From Botryllus schlosseri (lineage: Eukaryota): DNA of 64,000 bases. Where the stretch lies: contig CM119371.1 of assembly GCA_051294905.1 (NCBI GenBank), positions 12,898,001 through 12,962,000 on the forward strand, read 5' to 3'. The notes beneath the pieces were generated by a model. The model did no database searches. It saw nothing but the letters and a program-made list of their open reading frames with translations, and had not been told where the DNA came from. This document shows, in pieces, positions 27,262 to 41,489 of the stretch. Position 1 is the first letter of the stretch; each line of letters starts with the position of its first letter. Position numbers and translations under genes: made by a program.

Positions 27262-28243
27262 TGTCATGGCCAGGCATTACTTGGCAAACATATCGGACTC
27301 ATTTGTAAAATACCTAGAAAATGAATTCGTTGACCGCTACAGATTTTACAAGGGAGCTACGGTAATTCTATTGGACATGATTAAAGACAGCCCATGGTTG
27401 GATGTACGGTGCCAAGCTTTGCACCCCGTGATGCAATTACTCTGTGCTCTCCGATTTTTTGCTACGGTCATTTTCAACAAACAGATGCTGACTTCATTGG
27501 TGGCAGCCGGACAACTGCACGCCAAATCATCCACTGCATTTCTCGGGCATTATCAGAGAATAGAGAAAATTTATCCCACGATTGGATGATTTGTTACAAA
27601 CAAAGAGTGATTTCTTTGACATAGGTGGAGTTCTAAATGTTATCGGTTGCATTGATGGTACCCATATCCCAATAAAGTCCCCCGGTGACTCTGTACCAGA
27701 AAAGCTTATCGTTGCAGGAAAGGATATTTTTCTTCGAACTGTCAAATGGACTGCAATGCCAAGAGAATACCGGTAGTGACTAATGCTGTTGAGAAATGGC
27801 CAGGGAGTACTCATGACTCAAGAACTTTTTCAAATTCCGTTTAAAATACAAGCTTGGCCAGAAAAAAATACAATGGGATTTTGCTGGGAGACAGAGGCTC
27901 TATGCTCTAAAAATGTACCTGATGACTCCATTACCAAATCCACAGGCTGCACAATAAAAAAAATACAGTTATATGCACTCAAAGACACGCGTGCTGATCG
28001 AGCAATGCTTTGGCGTTCTCAAACAGCGTTTCCAGATGTTGCTAAATCCTATGCGAATGCAAATCGAAAACACCATGCTGGCAATCATTGCAATAATATG
28101 TTTGCACAATTTTGCTACAAAAACCAATTAGCCAGTACCTGATATTGCAGTTACTCCCAAGGAAGCTACGGATATAACATCTGAAGTTGGATACAATGAC
28201 GCAATAGCCTATCTTGAAAATAAGATCAACACATATTTCTACT
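27262..28243 (+). pseudogene. Harbinger (HARBI1-like) transposase, frameshifted; the N-terminus lies at ~21992-22041, left of the nested element
   Basis: RYRF, QLLCALRFFAT, IGCIDGTHI, WPGSTHDS, LLGDRG, TRVLIEQCFGVLK across frames. Confidence 0.9.
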
Positions 28244-28814
28244 AATTATGTTTATTTTAAAATTTTAACGAACACAGTAAACCGTGCTGGTGTAAAAATA
28301 ATAAAGAGAATGAAATGTGCATGAATTCGTGGAATGAAAGATTCAACTACAATTGCACTGTAGATAATAAACAAAGAGCAGGTGTCCCATTATTTGTATT
28401 CAAATTGACAAATATGAATTGAAAAAATGTACCGAAATATTTGCACCGTCGACAATACCTATAAGGCGAGGAACATTTGGCAGGCAGGCACAATGAAATA
28501 TTATAAAGAAATGTTGCATTTCAAAAAATGTGCACCGTCGACAAAACCTATATAAGCAATGTTCCCTCTAAGCTACTCACGTGCGCAAATGCGCAGCGCT
28601 GACAGTGTGTCTGCGCACAGAAAATCCAAGTTGCCTATAAGCGCTGACAGTGTCTCTGCGCACAGAAAATCCAAGTTGCCTATAAGGCGAGGAACATTTG
28701 GCAGGCAGGCACAATGAAATATTATAAAGAAATGTTGCTTTTCACAAAATGCGTATTCGGCTATTTAGATAACTTGACATAATTGAACAAAGAAATATTG
28801 CATTACATATGTCA

Positions 28815-30841
28815 CTAATTCCTCAATTGTCCAAGTTCTAATCTATATTTTTCCATTTTTATCGCATGTTCTTCAATACGCATTTCGAATTCTTGCTTTC
28901 TTAAATATCATTCTTCGTCTCTCATGTCTTTTCTTCCTTTGAGGTTATCAATCTTGGACACCATCAGTTTAATTCTCAGCTCATTGTTTTTCTGAAGTTC
29001 ATATTGACTCTGCGATGAGGTATACTCAGTTACTATAGTAACCTATGATTAAACTAAAACTTGTATTAGGAAGCCAATCACAGAGAAATCATTTGGAAAT
29101 TCTCTTTGCCTTGTTGGCTGATATTATTTCCTCTACTGCCTGATATCAATATCTGTTTTCAAGTGTGGTATCCATTCGATATGAGCGGTGAACCAATAAT
29201 CGGTCAGTCTCCAGTCATTATAAACTTGTATTCTGCAACCAGCTGATCACAAAGTGCAGAATTGGTAGTTTTCATTGTATTGTATTTGTATACTAGAGCC
29301 CGACTGATATTGGAGTTTTGAGCCGATACCGATAAAACCAATATCTAACTCCTTCACCGATAACCACTATAGCCTATATGCAGATGGGGTGGAATACCTT
29401 GAAATGCGCATTTGAAAAACTTCAGGGCTTTACAGCCAATGCTATACTTGGACAGGAAATAAACTAGAAAGGCTGTATCAGGACACCTGTAGAGTGAAAT
29501 ATATGTGAAATATATCAATATTCTCAGTCTAGTGGTAAAAGATTATAATTTATGGACTTCCTATTACCATGCTGTGACCTCACGAAAACTGCCCATATAT
29601 ATTCATTTCCAATGGCCGATACTAATAATTCTTTCAAAGAGTGATATTGAGTCTATATTATCGGCAAAACGATATAATCGGTCAGGCTCCATTGTACACC
29701 ATCTTATATCAATTGTTACAGGATTGTAACTATGTGCATTGCACTGGTAATCAGCAATCTTTCGAGCAGTCAAACACCATTTCCAACTCTATCGTTCGCA
29801 GATACACTTCATTAGAAAACCAAGTACAAAGTGGGAAATTTTTACATAACAATGGTTGGGGCAGTGGAGCAAAAGTTTGCCAAACCCTCCGAAACTGCAA
29901 GATTGTATATTTTAAAATATCAACTCGACTTGATATCCAAATGAGTAGAAGCTACATACCAGGTGGCAGATCACTCGTCTTTGTCACGCATGTTGACTGC
30001 CATTCCATGTAGCATGTTTCTGAAAAAAAAATGTGAATGTTTCAGAAGGATTTGAGGCTATAGGCCTACATATGTTTACACATGTACAATTCACAATTGC
30101 ACATGCATATTCGCTAGTAATGGTGAAAAATACTGAAACCGATCATTTGACGACGAGCAAAAAATCTCATTAAAAATCGCTGAATGTATGACAAGAACGT
30201 TTGATATTGTGAATGAGTTCCCTTCAATACACCACCGGGTAAGAAATCGATATAATATACATCTACACTTGTACAATTGATATGTTAGCAAAAAGTAGTG
30301 ATGAAAATAACGAGAAGATTTGCCTCTGACACGAACCGATCTTCATCATGGGGAACATTTCTCGATGTGGTCAATGTATCGAACAAGTTCTCATTACTCT
30401 CTCGCAAAATAACTTACATGATTGATTTTCTGCAGTAACTACAGACAATATGGTGGAATCACTTTCAAAATGATGTTCAAATGGCTGAACCTGTGCTGGT
30501 ATGACAGCTTTAACCATTAATTTACTGATATGCGCCATATTGTGGATATAATTAGAGTCTACAAACTTACCTTGCAATAAATAGCACCGTCACCGGGTCA
30601 GATACCATTGAATGTTCTGAAGGCCTTCTGTCATTTTCAGTTTTGAGACTTTCTCTTGTTTTGAAGCAACCTTCAATTGCTGTTCTGTTTTTTGCCATGT
30701 TTGGTGATGTGGCATTTCACGGCTTGGTTGATTGTTTCCAATGCAAGAGAACGGCTGAACTCGTTTATTACATAGTTTGTATGCAATTATCATTAAACAT
30801 TCTGTAATAACATGATCATCTGTCAATAAGGAGAAGAACAA
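28815..30841 (-). pseudogene. Probable Harbinger ORF2 (Myb/SANT-like DNA-binding protein) remnants
   Basis: Convergent on the transposase; Myb-like basic segment at 30590-30841 and coiled-coil tail (LRKQEFEMRIEEHAIKMEKYRLEL) at ~28820-28990. Confidence 0.5.
29294..29691. mobile_element. MITE with ccgata repeats
   Basis: TIRs tagagcccgac / gtcaggctcca; near-exact TSD ttgtatac/ttgtacac. Confidence 0.7.
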
Positions 30842-32962
30842 TTGAGTACCGGTAACAAAATATCGCTAATATCGCTAACATGTAATATTCACTATCTTTA
30901 TAATGAGCCTCAGATAAGCAATTTCAATCTACAATGTCATAACTATTACAAACCTCGCCGAATTTATATGCTTGTGTACCTTAATCTATACTTTAATCCT
31001 GGTGGCGACCAGGATCAAGAAGCAGCGGTCTATACTCAGTCGGTCCTGGTAGAATCTTACTAATCTACCTTTCTGGTCCGCAGAAAATCCAGCAACGTGC
31101 AAAATCCCCAGATCTTTTATTTGATCTGTATTTTTGGCCTCCACCCTAAGTGTTCAATTTTGGATCACAAATCGTGTTCAATTTTCCGGGTTGAGCAACA
31201 CTTCTAAACTTAGAGTGTAGTGATGTGATCTCGAACGTTGTAATAATAATCAGATAGAATTGGCTGCATCCATTTTACAAGAATTCGTTTATCAGTACCA
31301 AGCAAATTAGGTTTCGGTTCGCATGCATATGGGATAAAAGGGATAGCGTTCTGTTGGGGTGGTTAAAAACATTTATTTTTCGGGACAGAGAATTTATGAC
31401 CGCGGTATTTGAAGAGATAGCGCAATATAAATACGAGTGTGACACGTCAAACAGTAAATTGACGGAATACAAGAAAACGCAATGTTCTATCAAGTAAGCC
31501 GTACCCCAATTGTGGAACAGCATCTCGCCGGCTATCCGTCAGTCGTCCACCATGTCCGCTTTCAAGTCAAAATACAAGAAATTTCTTCTAAATGAATACT
31601 AGCGAGCCTTCAGGACTACCGTGCCGCGACCTACCATCGACCTCGTCCTCCGCGACATGCCACCTCATTTTGTCGCTTGCGTCTTATATTATCTGCATTA
31701 CTTTTCATTCAGTGTGCAACTGTGCTTGCCTCTTTTTTACTTCGCCTAGGCTAAGGTGGGTGTCTGATCTTAAAAGCCATACTCCAAGTTGTTTCGACAC
31801 CCTCCTATCTTTTCTTTGTATCGCAGTCTTGTGATTTAAAATGATGAAAATGTTAATAGATTGATTGATTGATTGAATATATGAGGAAGTAGGCTAATTG
31901 ACTTCAAAGTAATGGCGCGCAGTGACACCGGGGCATAGGTGCCAACCCTTAAATGTATCATGTAAGAGGGTTTTGAGCGGTCGGTGTGGATTTTTTTTAA
32001 TATTATTAAGAATAAATTGTCGAGGCAAATTATTCTGATCTTACAAGGCAAACCGAAGCATTTTAGACTGACCAAGAAATTCGAGATATTGATGACTGAA
32101 ATATCATTCCGACGCACCAGCGTAGCCAGAGCCGGCAATATTTCTGTATACATATCATATATATTGCCATAAACTATATAGATCATTTTTGCGACCGGTT
32201 TATTTGTTAAAGGTTTTCTTCGCGCTTTCCGCGATCTAATGACGCATAAACTGCATCCATCGTCTCGAAATCGCAACACTAAACGGTCTTGGGTCGGCGA
32301 TCACACGGCCGTGCAGCACGACGTCTAGACCATAGAAAAGGATAATCTAATGAATACGGAAAATCATGTGGTGAGATGGTATAGTGCAGAGGTCTCAAAC
32401 ACGCGGCCCGCCAGAGCATTTTGTGCGGCCCGCGATGCCACATTAGATTTTGAAGTATTTTACAATATGTAAGTGCCAGATATATCCTTTAAGGTTTAAA
32501 AGTTTAAATAACTTCTCAAATTGCCCAGGAAGCCTGAAACTATTCCTGAAACTTAACCATCACATCAATTACAGACACTACCATGCAGTAGAAGATTTAC
32601 TATTTCGTCACATTTACAATTCATGACGATCAAACTATAGATAACTAACCGGATAGATGCGCAACATGTGATTCACGGTCGAGTGATGCGACAACGGCCG
32701 ATTTGTTGGCACTTCATAGCATGAAACGGCAACATAATTGCTAATCCCATAGATGACGATCCGAGCGTTCAAATTAAATAAAGTTGATCTTTTCTGAAAG
32801 CTACAGTCAAGCTGACTGTGATAGTATACATTAAACTTTCATCAGGGTAATGGAACCACTCCGAAATAGCCTTCTAAATCTAAAAATCGGCATTGTTCTA
32901 ATCGCAACCATGCAAGGACCGCTGTTATGGTCATTGTGCTGCGCCGTTGCGATTGTTTAGAA

Positions 32963-33859
32963 CAGGGGTCGCCAACTCAAAACAGGTCGCGGGCCACTTT
33001 TCAAATTTCGTACAGGCCGCGGGCCGCATGAATTCGATATCGATGTAAAATAGGCAACCACGTTCTAAAACTCTACGTCAGTACAGCGGTGAGCTATCTA
33101 ACATAGGCGATAGGCATATTTGACCACAAAAGAAATAATATTTCATACAAATACAACAAAAAATCATTATCACCAATTATATTTTATTTTGAACTGTGAG
33201 CTGTGCACGATACCTTGAAACTAAGGAATCGATATTGGGACTAGCGAGATGAAAGACCATCTCCACGTAGAGCATGATCTTGTGGGGAAGCCCTAAGCCA
33301 GTGGTTCTCAAACTTTTTTAGACACACATCCCTTTATGATACTGAAAAGTCGCCATGTCACAAAATGCAACCAGAATGCTAGAAATCCCAACGGCTAGTT
33401 TGATGGCATGGAAGGTTATGGCTGTTGATAACATAATTCTATAAGATGAATTCCGGACTATATACATAGCAATAACCAATAAATAGAGGTAAATCGCGCA
33501 GAGCGCGAAAAAATTTTCATTTTAGCGCATCTCCGCCTCCCCTTCTCCGCCCTAAGCCGTTTTCTATGCGTCTCGGTCGTGGCAGTGTTGGGGCCATTGC
33601 AAGTCAAGACAATATGCCCATTCACATCAGCTGATTCCGATGGAATGCTGATGCCATCAACACAGCCGTTTTAGCTATAATGACGAATAGTGATGTTGGG
33701 CACAAGAGAATAGCTTATTTTGAAACAACAACAACAACATGTTGAAACTGTAGTTAATTTCAGCATTTCAAATTGGTTTTCTTAGCTTTCTTCCTAAATC
33801 TCAAATCAGGTTGCGGGCCGCATAATATGACTTGGCGGGCCGCGTGTTGGTGACCCCTG
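32963..33859. mobile_element. hAT MITE with a nested insertion at 33299-33549
   Basis: TIRs caggggtc / gacccctg with TSD gtttagaa; inner insertion flanked by ccctaagc. Confidence 0.85.
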
Positions 33860-36812
33860 GTTTAGAACAATGCCAAACCCGACCTTTAGATGATTCGTAA
33901 CTGATATTTGTAAGTTGTGACTTGGACGCGAACTTTCATAGAATTACTCACACTGCGGCTGACTCGATGACAAGGACAATCAAGAGATTGATACCCCAGT
34001 TATCAGGAGTATAGCCTACCCGAATTCTGGAAAGGGCTACACTGCTCAACCATAAATGCTGTGATATCGGATCAATATCTTATCAATCTGTCAAGGCCCA
34101 GCAGTGAAGAGGAAAGTTCAAATATCCAGCTTAATATATGTGAACCTAATTAGACGCGTTCACGCGTACGTAATGTGAGACTGTTCTTACAGCTACACAA
34201 TGTTGATGAATAACCGCTATACTCGGTTATTTCCGATGTTTACGTTCATTTTGACGCACATTGATTGCTATATCTCTGATTTGAGAGTTTTCTTTTTTAA
34301 TTAAACTCGATGAAAAGCTAAATTATTTAAAACGATGTGCTTTAACATATATTTACCTAGACAGCCTTCTGCGTGTTCATATCGCTCTCGCGGAAATTAG
34401 CCTGTAGTGCACAAGTGCGTAGCGGGTGATGACAGCATTGTCAATGACAGAGATAAAGGATTGAAATATGCGATTGGTCATGACTATATTGAATCGGATA
34501 ATGAATGCAATTCAACCAATATTATTCTTTGCCTGGAAGTAGGTTGCTAAAAGAGAGTCCAAACAACAAGTGACGCTGTACAATGTGTTCATATATGGTA
34601 TATGCATCCGCTTGAAACTACTTCGTTACCACAAATACAGTTTATTTTAAGAAATAATGCGGCAGCATTTGACTGGGCCGGACTCTAAACGATCAAATAG
34701 TCTGAATGTGGCCAGCGACGGAAATTGAGTTCGACTTCCCTGCTACATGGCATGTGCTTTAGGCTCCACCCTGTTAGAATTATAAAGGATTTGACATTTG
34801 ACCACTCGTCGGTATTTGGTTTCTCCGCGTATCAATGATATACATTGCTCCCATTCCACCAGGACAAAGGAAATTGAACGATATTTACTGATTACTAGTT
34901 TGCGATAGCAACAAAAGACCAAGCAATGTACGATTATAGCATTACGTCACGCGCTCGGTATTGTTGCAACCATAGGAACGTAACGGATATCCCTATTCAG
35001 GCGTCGACAGAAAACTCCAAATCAAAACAAAGTCCATCGAGTGGAACAATGGCGACTTTTCAATATTGTTTGAGGGTCTTATCACTAAAATGAGTTAGAG
35101 CTCGGCTATACGCCGCAGTTAGTGCATTGTCAATATTTCTTCAGGCTGGAAGTGATCATATTACCAACAGAGTTCAGAGTTAAACTCATGATTTATGAAC
35201 CTGGGATCGCGTCCAAAGGAGGAGGCGGTGTATGGTTGTTTTTAGGGCACGAGTCGTGCTGTGGTCTGCAACCTAATCTTAAGCATTGAGCAATGAGTAT
35301 TCATCTACGAGTACAAAACATCAGTATGAACACCGAAAATATGGTACTTACGAGGAACTCGATACAGTGAGCGATTTCGCGATGTCATGACGTAATATAT
35401 GTAATATATCATTTTTTGTTTAGTGATTATAATCGAAATTTGAGGTTCGCCGAAGGCTTGCAGATCATTGAAACGCTTTCATGGTAGAAGTAATGACGCA
35501 CTGCAGTAGACTCACTTACTCATAGGTTTTAAATATGAAATCGAATACCGATAAGAGTAATTCCTACCGATCGATGCCAGATTGTATAGTGGTGCTAAGT
35601 AATAAGTATATCCTCGTTGTGCTTGAGTGTTGAGTGGGCTAGATCCAGATATATATGGAAGATATGTGCGACCGATTTCAAATGACAAACTTTAGAAAGC
35701 ATCTTGTATGCATGTTCATTGTTCAAGTCCACTATATGGAAACTGATGTGCAGGTTTGTATATAAATCCTACGTCTATATGTACAGAACTTCATATGTCC
35801 CCACGTGGAGTAGGGCCTTTCAATTGGATTGAAATGTTGTGGTTGGTTTATACCGTAATAGTAGTCTGAGGTCGTTTCTGGTTTCGTGTTCAAGGCTCAC
35901 GAAGGCTGTGTATTCAACACATCCATTTATTACGGGTGATAGAAGGGTGTGGTGAATACAGACTATTTCTCTAAGACTATACGGTTTAGTCATAGTGTGC
36001 AACCATGAAAAGTAATTGTAGCCGTTATTTCGAATTGTCAATATAAGATCAGCAGCTTTCGACAGGTTTACTCTCATGTTCAATTACTCGGATCCCCTAC
36101 TTATAAGTTGACAACAGCACCGTAGCTGATAACGATTTCGGCGCACAATTCGAATTCCAAGGTACTTGAGAATCAGCTGTTTATAAAAATCCCAAAGTTT
36201 CTTAATACAAATATGACGTCATACGATTGTGGTGATTGAATCTGTCGGTTTGGAGTTGGATGCGTGTACCCCGTTTATATTATGTATAAAGCCATAACGA
36301 GCATTATATAAATTGAGATATAAACGACATTATGACTTTGAGCAAGTATAAACAGTGAGCTTCGATGGCCGCTAAAGTGAGAAGCAAAATGTAGTTAAAT
36401 TGGATAATTCGCTATATTAATCCAACCATTCTCGCTGATAATGATTTGCGAGTCCACCAAAGAAATTGATAATTCGCGTGACAACACCGTAGTTTCCCCG
36501 TTCTGCAAAAGGTTCAGAAAATCAAAATTCACAGATCTGAAGCATTTGCAATTAGCAGTCGTAGTATTAATAATATCTAAACCTGCATGTATTCAACCAT
36601 TTCACATTGTGGTGGAATATATTTCAAACTGTCTGACTAAAATTTAATGCGGCAGCAAAAACCAGTCAAGCAATGATCGCGAGCTTTTCATGCCGTTGGC
36701 GGGACGCCTTGCCGAGTAATCGCACTTTATGCTACTAAAACTTCTGTGAGGTCATAATGAGTGATACTGGAATATCAGTCTCGAATCTAAGGCTATAATG
36801 TTCGATTGATAA

Positions 36813-39265
36813 CACTGGTCAACAAAATTAGAAACAAAATTTGGCAGAACATCTGAGAGCCGTTTCTGGGGTTTTCGAGGTTGCTGATTACGGACATCAC
36901 ATTATTTTTTCCAGATTGCCCCTTGTTCAGGAGATATTTATACCCCTAAAAAAGCCCAAAATTACTAGCCTTGAATATGTCACTTGATAGGACAAAAATC
37001 GTAATTCGTTTTCTAATTTTATCGGCCTACTGCGCATAAATATATAATTGACTATGAAGAACCCTAATGTCGTTGTCAGACATTCTATCAATATTAACAT
37101 GACGTGGTGCAACATTTTATTTTGTCAGAAAAGCGGTTTGTCAAGCTTAAAAATTGTACTTCTGCACAACGGAAATACATATTCCCTCTATCCATTAGAG
37201 GTCGACCAATATTGATTTTTACAGGCCGATACCGATATCATAGGCCGATATTAATATGGAAGGAGCAGAGAATAATTTCACCAAAAATATTATATATCAG
37301 GCAATATTGCACTTGTTCATGCCACAGAAAGCTGAACAACAAACGAGAAATCGAAATTTAAAAGAAATATTGCTTATTTGTACACATTCGTTGGAATTTG
37401 AGATAACCCATAAAGCAAAACATGATATACAATTGCATACCAGTCCATAAAAGGCAGATTGCAATGCAGGAAGCATAGTTTCTCTGCATGCTCACCCAGT
37501 TAAACTCGTCCTGCAAGGGTAAATCTGACATATATAGTAGAGGTCGACCGATTATCGACATGGCCGATTATCGAGGCCGATATTTAGAGCTTTCCCGATT
37601 ATCGGTATCGGCCAATGAAGGCCGATATCGCGGCCGATATTTTATATTTAAAAAACATTCAAAAATTTCGGAAATTCAATGCTCCGTGTTTTCAATCTCA
37701 AGAAATCGACGACGCAAAGGGCAATATATGACAGATTTACCCTTGCAGGACGAGTTTAGCTGGGTGAGCATGCAGAGAAACTATGCTTCCTGCATTACAA
37801 TGCACCTTTTCTGAACTGATCTGCAATTCTGTATCATATTTTGCTTTTTTGGTTATCCCAAATTTCATCGAATGTGCACAATTAAGGAATAATTCTTTTC
37901 AATTTCAGTTTTCTCGTTTGTTGTTCAGCTTTCTGTGGCATGAACAAGTGCCATCTTGCCTAATATATAATATTTTTGGTGAAATTGTTCTCTGCTTAGT
38001 CCATATTATTATCGGCCTATGATATCGGTATCGGCCTTGTGAGTGGCCGATATATCGGTATCGGTATCGGCCTGTAAAAATCAATATCGGTCGACCTCTA
38101 ATATATAGCCCTTTGGGTCGTCGATTTCTTGAGATTGAGAACACGGAGCATTGAATTTCCAACATTTTTTTAATATAAAATATCGGCCATGTCGAAAATC
38201 GGTCGACCTCTAGTATCAATTGGTCATTATACCAAGATTGAAGAGGAGCATAAGCAATAAAATTCGTCATTCAAAAGCTTAACTACAATAACCACGAGTC
38301 TGATTTCTTTAGACTTGTAAATTGATAAATTTCCGTTGAATCAACAAGTGGGTATATCCATAGTATCCCTATTAAACGAGAAGCTTAACTCTGGTATCTT
38401 TAATAGATTGTCGATTCGAATACAGATGAAAGTTTCCAATTTATTATTAGGAAGGAGCTCACTGCATGGCATTTACCATAAGATGTCGTAAATAAAACTG
38501 TTTGGAGGATCACTGATCACATAGCACCCAACTACAAATAGTTGGTCCGGCAATTCGTATCTGCATATTGAAAACTTGGAACGAGCATAAAAGTTCACTT
38601 CCTGTTCAGTCATCTTCATATATTTCTTGATGATCTTGTTGATTATCAAGTGCAGAGGTTCCACCAAGACATCAAAACAACAACAGAAAGATATTAGGGC
38701 AGATGAGATGAGTATATTACGGAAGACCATTGGTGGAACTTTTCGAGAAACTGCACTAAATTACTTACAGGCGAAAATCGTACGAAAACAATTGTGCCTT
38801 ATAATAAAAGAATAATATTATATTCCAACTGATTGTTAAAAATTTACAATAGCTTGTTGACGTAAAACTGATTGAAATAATGCCACGTTATTTGAGTATC
38901 TATGTAAATACTTATAAACATGACTGGAGTGTTTGAATGTGCATGATATCTGTGAAAATGTATAATTATGATGAATTTAATACCCCTAGATATAGCACTC
39001 TGTTGCTGTATTTTGATTTAAATGTGTATTTTGCGTGTAGAAAGAACAAGTGGATTGAATTTTTAAACTTTATAGTGCGACTGTGCCGATATTTTTCTAA
39101 CCATTACAGCGATAAATGGGAGATGTTGGTCAAAATAAACCCAAGGGTTATCTCCAAAACAAGAGCCAATTTGAAAAACACTAAGGTCATATTCGGAATC
39201 AGTGCCCTTCATAACCCCCTAAACCACTCCTACTTTGTCCGCTTAAAAATATGTGCTGACCAGTG
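36813..39265 (+). mobile_element. Chapaev3-like (CMC) DNA transposon remnant
   Basis: TIRs cactggtca / tgaccagtg, flanks taa/tga; decayed transposase C-terminus at ~38450-38745 (SIKVHFLFSHL..RFHQDIK). Confidence 0.6.
37196..38212. mobile_element. MITE with an inverted copy of itself nested inside (37538-38100)
   Basis: TIR tagaggtcgacc on all four ends; inner TSD atatatag is exact. Confidence 0.88.
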
Positions 39266-40299
39266 TGATCGAATTCTTCAGGTACCCCATTCTAGCCAGT
39301 CCTATATTTATGACTATAGGACGATTTTTGGACTTGTCAAAGAGAATCGAAATAAAGTTGAAATAATCACTTTTCGTCCGAAATTGTCAATATTAATAAT
39401 GACAATTCTCGCGTAGCTGGTATCGATGTCAGCAAAGAATCGAATTCCAAGCCCTGGTGAAATAACATCACGTTTAAAACAATTGCAACACTTTAAAAGA
39501 CAAATCTGACGTCATACGAATACGGTGATTCAACGGTGAAAACCGGTGAATTTTTCCCACCGCTCAGAACTCAAAATACCGTTTTTCACTCCACATTGCC
39601 AGTTGGATGACTAAAAAAAGGTCTTCTTTTCGCTCAGAGCTAAAATCATTGTTTTCACTCCGAAATACCCACCGGAGCTTCACTTCTGTGCTAATTTGCG
39701 GCATATCGCTCGCAATTTGCTCTAAATCTGACCTAAATTTTCAAAAAATTGGACAAAATCTCAAAAAAGAGGACAAAAGGGCGTCCTCAGAGGACACTTT
39801 CAAAAAAGTCAAAGAAGAGGACAAATCCTCTTAAAAGAGGACGTATGATAAGCCTAAGTTATAGTAAAGTTGCTTATGCTATCAACAGTACTTTTCGTAG
39901 ACCAGACATTGTGTTTCTTTACAGTTGCCATGAAACATATTGAACTGCTAGTCTGCTAGTCTGCTGGCTTTTTCGGAGTAGTTTTATTGCCCTGGCGAAA
40001 TTTCAATTCGTATTTTTGGAATCAGTGCGACACCTCCTTTCGATAAACACCGTCATATCAAATTTTTCGGACGCTTGGGTGGCGAGCTATAGGACTACCA
40101 ATTATGCTGTTTTTTGCCGGTTAAGCAGTACGCGTCTCGGCGTATTTAATCGTGAGTCACTTGTTGCACATCTATCCGTAAGTTAGTTACCAATACTCAG
40201 GGACGTAACAACACTTCGTCAGCACCCCCTAAACGTTGCTCTTGGCCCCCTCAGGCTAGATGGCTGTTCACCGCTATATATCATTAAATCATAGGTGTC

Positions 40300-41110
40300 C
40301 GTTTTAGGCAGCTTCTCTCGACTAATCGCAAGAAGCGCGAAAAATTTCAATAATTCAAGATTGAATTGGTCAATATAATCGGGAATTTAAAATATAGTGG
40401 TATCAATTTTTATCCTCTCTCTCCTCACGTAATCAGACTGACCGGTTGAGCCGAGTGAGTTGTGTTTGAAAAGGTAGGACCACTCAATAATAATTAAACA
40501 CCACTCAATAATAATTAAACATCTTCGGGCGTATACCCGTTGGCAGGAACGAAACAGCACTTAGTCAGGCCCCTCAAAACACTTAGGTCTTGATCTCCCA
40601 TAGGGTGATAAACCGACCCCCCGTCCCGTTGTTCTCTTCTGTCACGAAATCAGGATCGCCGTTTAGTGAGCCAGCGCGGAGCGTGAAAATTTTCGATAAT
40701 TCAAAATAAAATAGGTCAATAAGATCGGGAATTGCATATATATTGCTATCAATTACTTGTCCTCTCTGCTCACATAATTAGATCTAACGGTTGAGCTGAG
40801 TGAGGTGTACCGGAAACTGTAGGGCGAGTAAATAATAATTAAACATATTCGGACGGGCGGACCCGTTGGTACGACTTCGTTACATGATGTTATTTCGTAA
40901 CCTCCAGTCCGCTATATCAAAAAATATAGAATCGGCCAAACGTACTAAACTGAAAGATGCACACGATTACAATTTGGTAGTTCTTCACTCGCATATAATT
41001 CTTCCCTGCGGGATGGTAGCCTATTTGTCTCGTGAGGTTCAGATTGCCAAGATAGGAATATTCGGCGCCAGTCATTTAGGCGCCTTTGGTCAATTATACC
41101 TATATGTATT
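40300..41110 (+). repeat. Interspersed repeat with an inverted copy at ~46270-47280
   Basis: For example ggttcagattgccaaga..cagtcatttaggcgcc versus ggcgcctaaatgactgg..tcttggcaatctgaacc. Confidence 0.75.
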
Positions 41111-41489
41111 TTGTATATATACATAACAAAGTTTCTGGTCAGCGTGAGGGCAGTCCTTTTCGGCCAAGATTTTCTCGCTGTCGATTGTTCTCGCACACTT
41201 CTTGGAGTCACATGTTATATGGCCTAAAACTTTATATGTCTTCTTGCGTCGTGACGCGGTAATGGCCAACGCCGATATGCCCACTTCTATAAATGTATAA
41301 ATCCAATAATGAAGGTCCTTGGAAACTTGAAATCGCGACTAGCGCGAATTTTTTTTGAAAAAGTTGCATAAAATACTCTATAATTCATGCTAATTCACTA
41401 AATAATGTTGGGCCCCGTTCGAGCTCGTTCACCTAATTGGGGGACTTGGAGTGCGCCAGTTGCGGTCCTGTCAATACCTATATCTATAC

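Larger units (their letters stand above)
21561..31146 (+). mobile_element. PIF/Harbinger DNA transposon (defective)
   Basis: TIRs gggtggaggccaaaaa / tttttggcctccaccc; TAA TSD; empty site in copy A near 8670. Confidence 0.92.

Noticed and set aside
27262..28243. Domesticated HARBI1 gene
   Set aside because: Multiple frameshifts, interrupted, and bounded by TIRs and a TSD.
34760..36100. Possible decayed exons on the minus strand
   Set aside because: One donor-like site near 35520, but stops in all frames and no recognisable motif.
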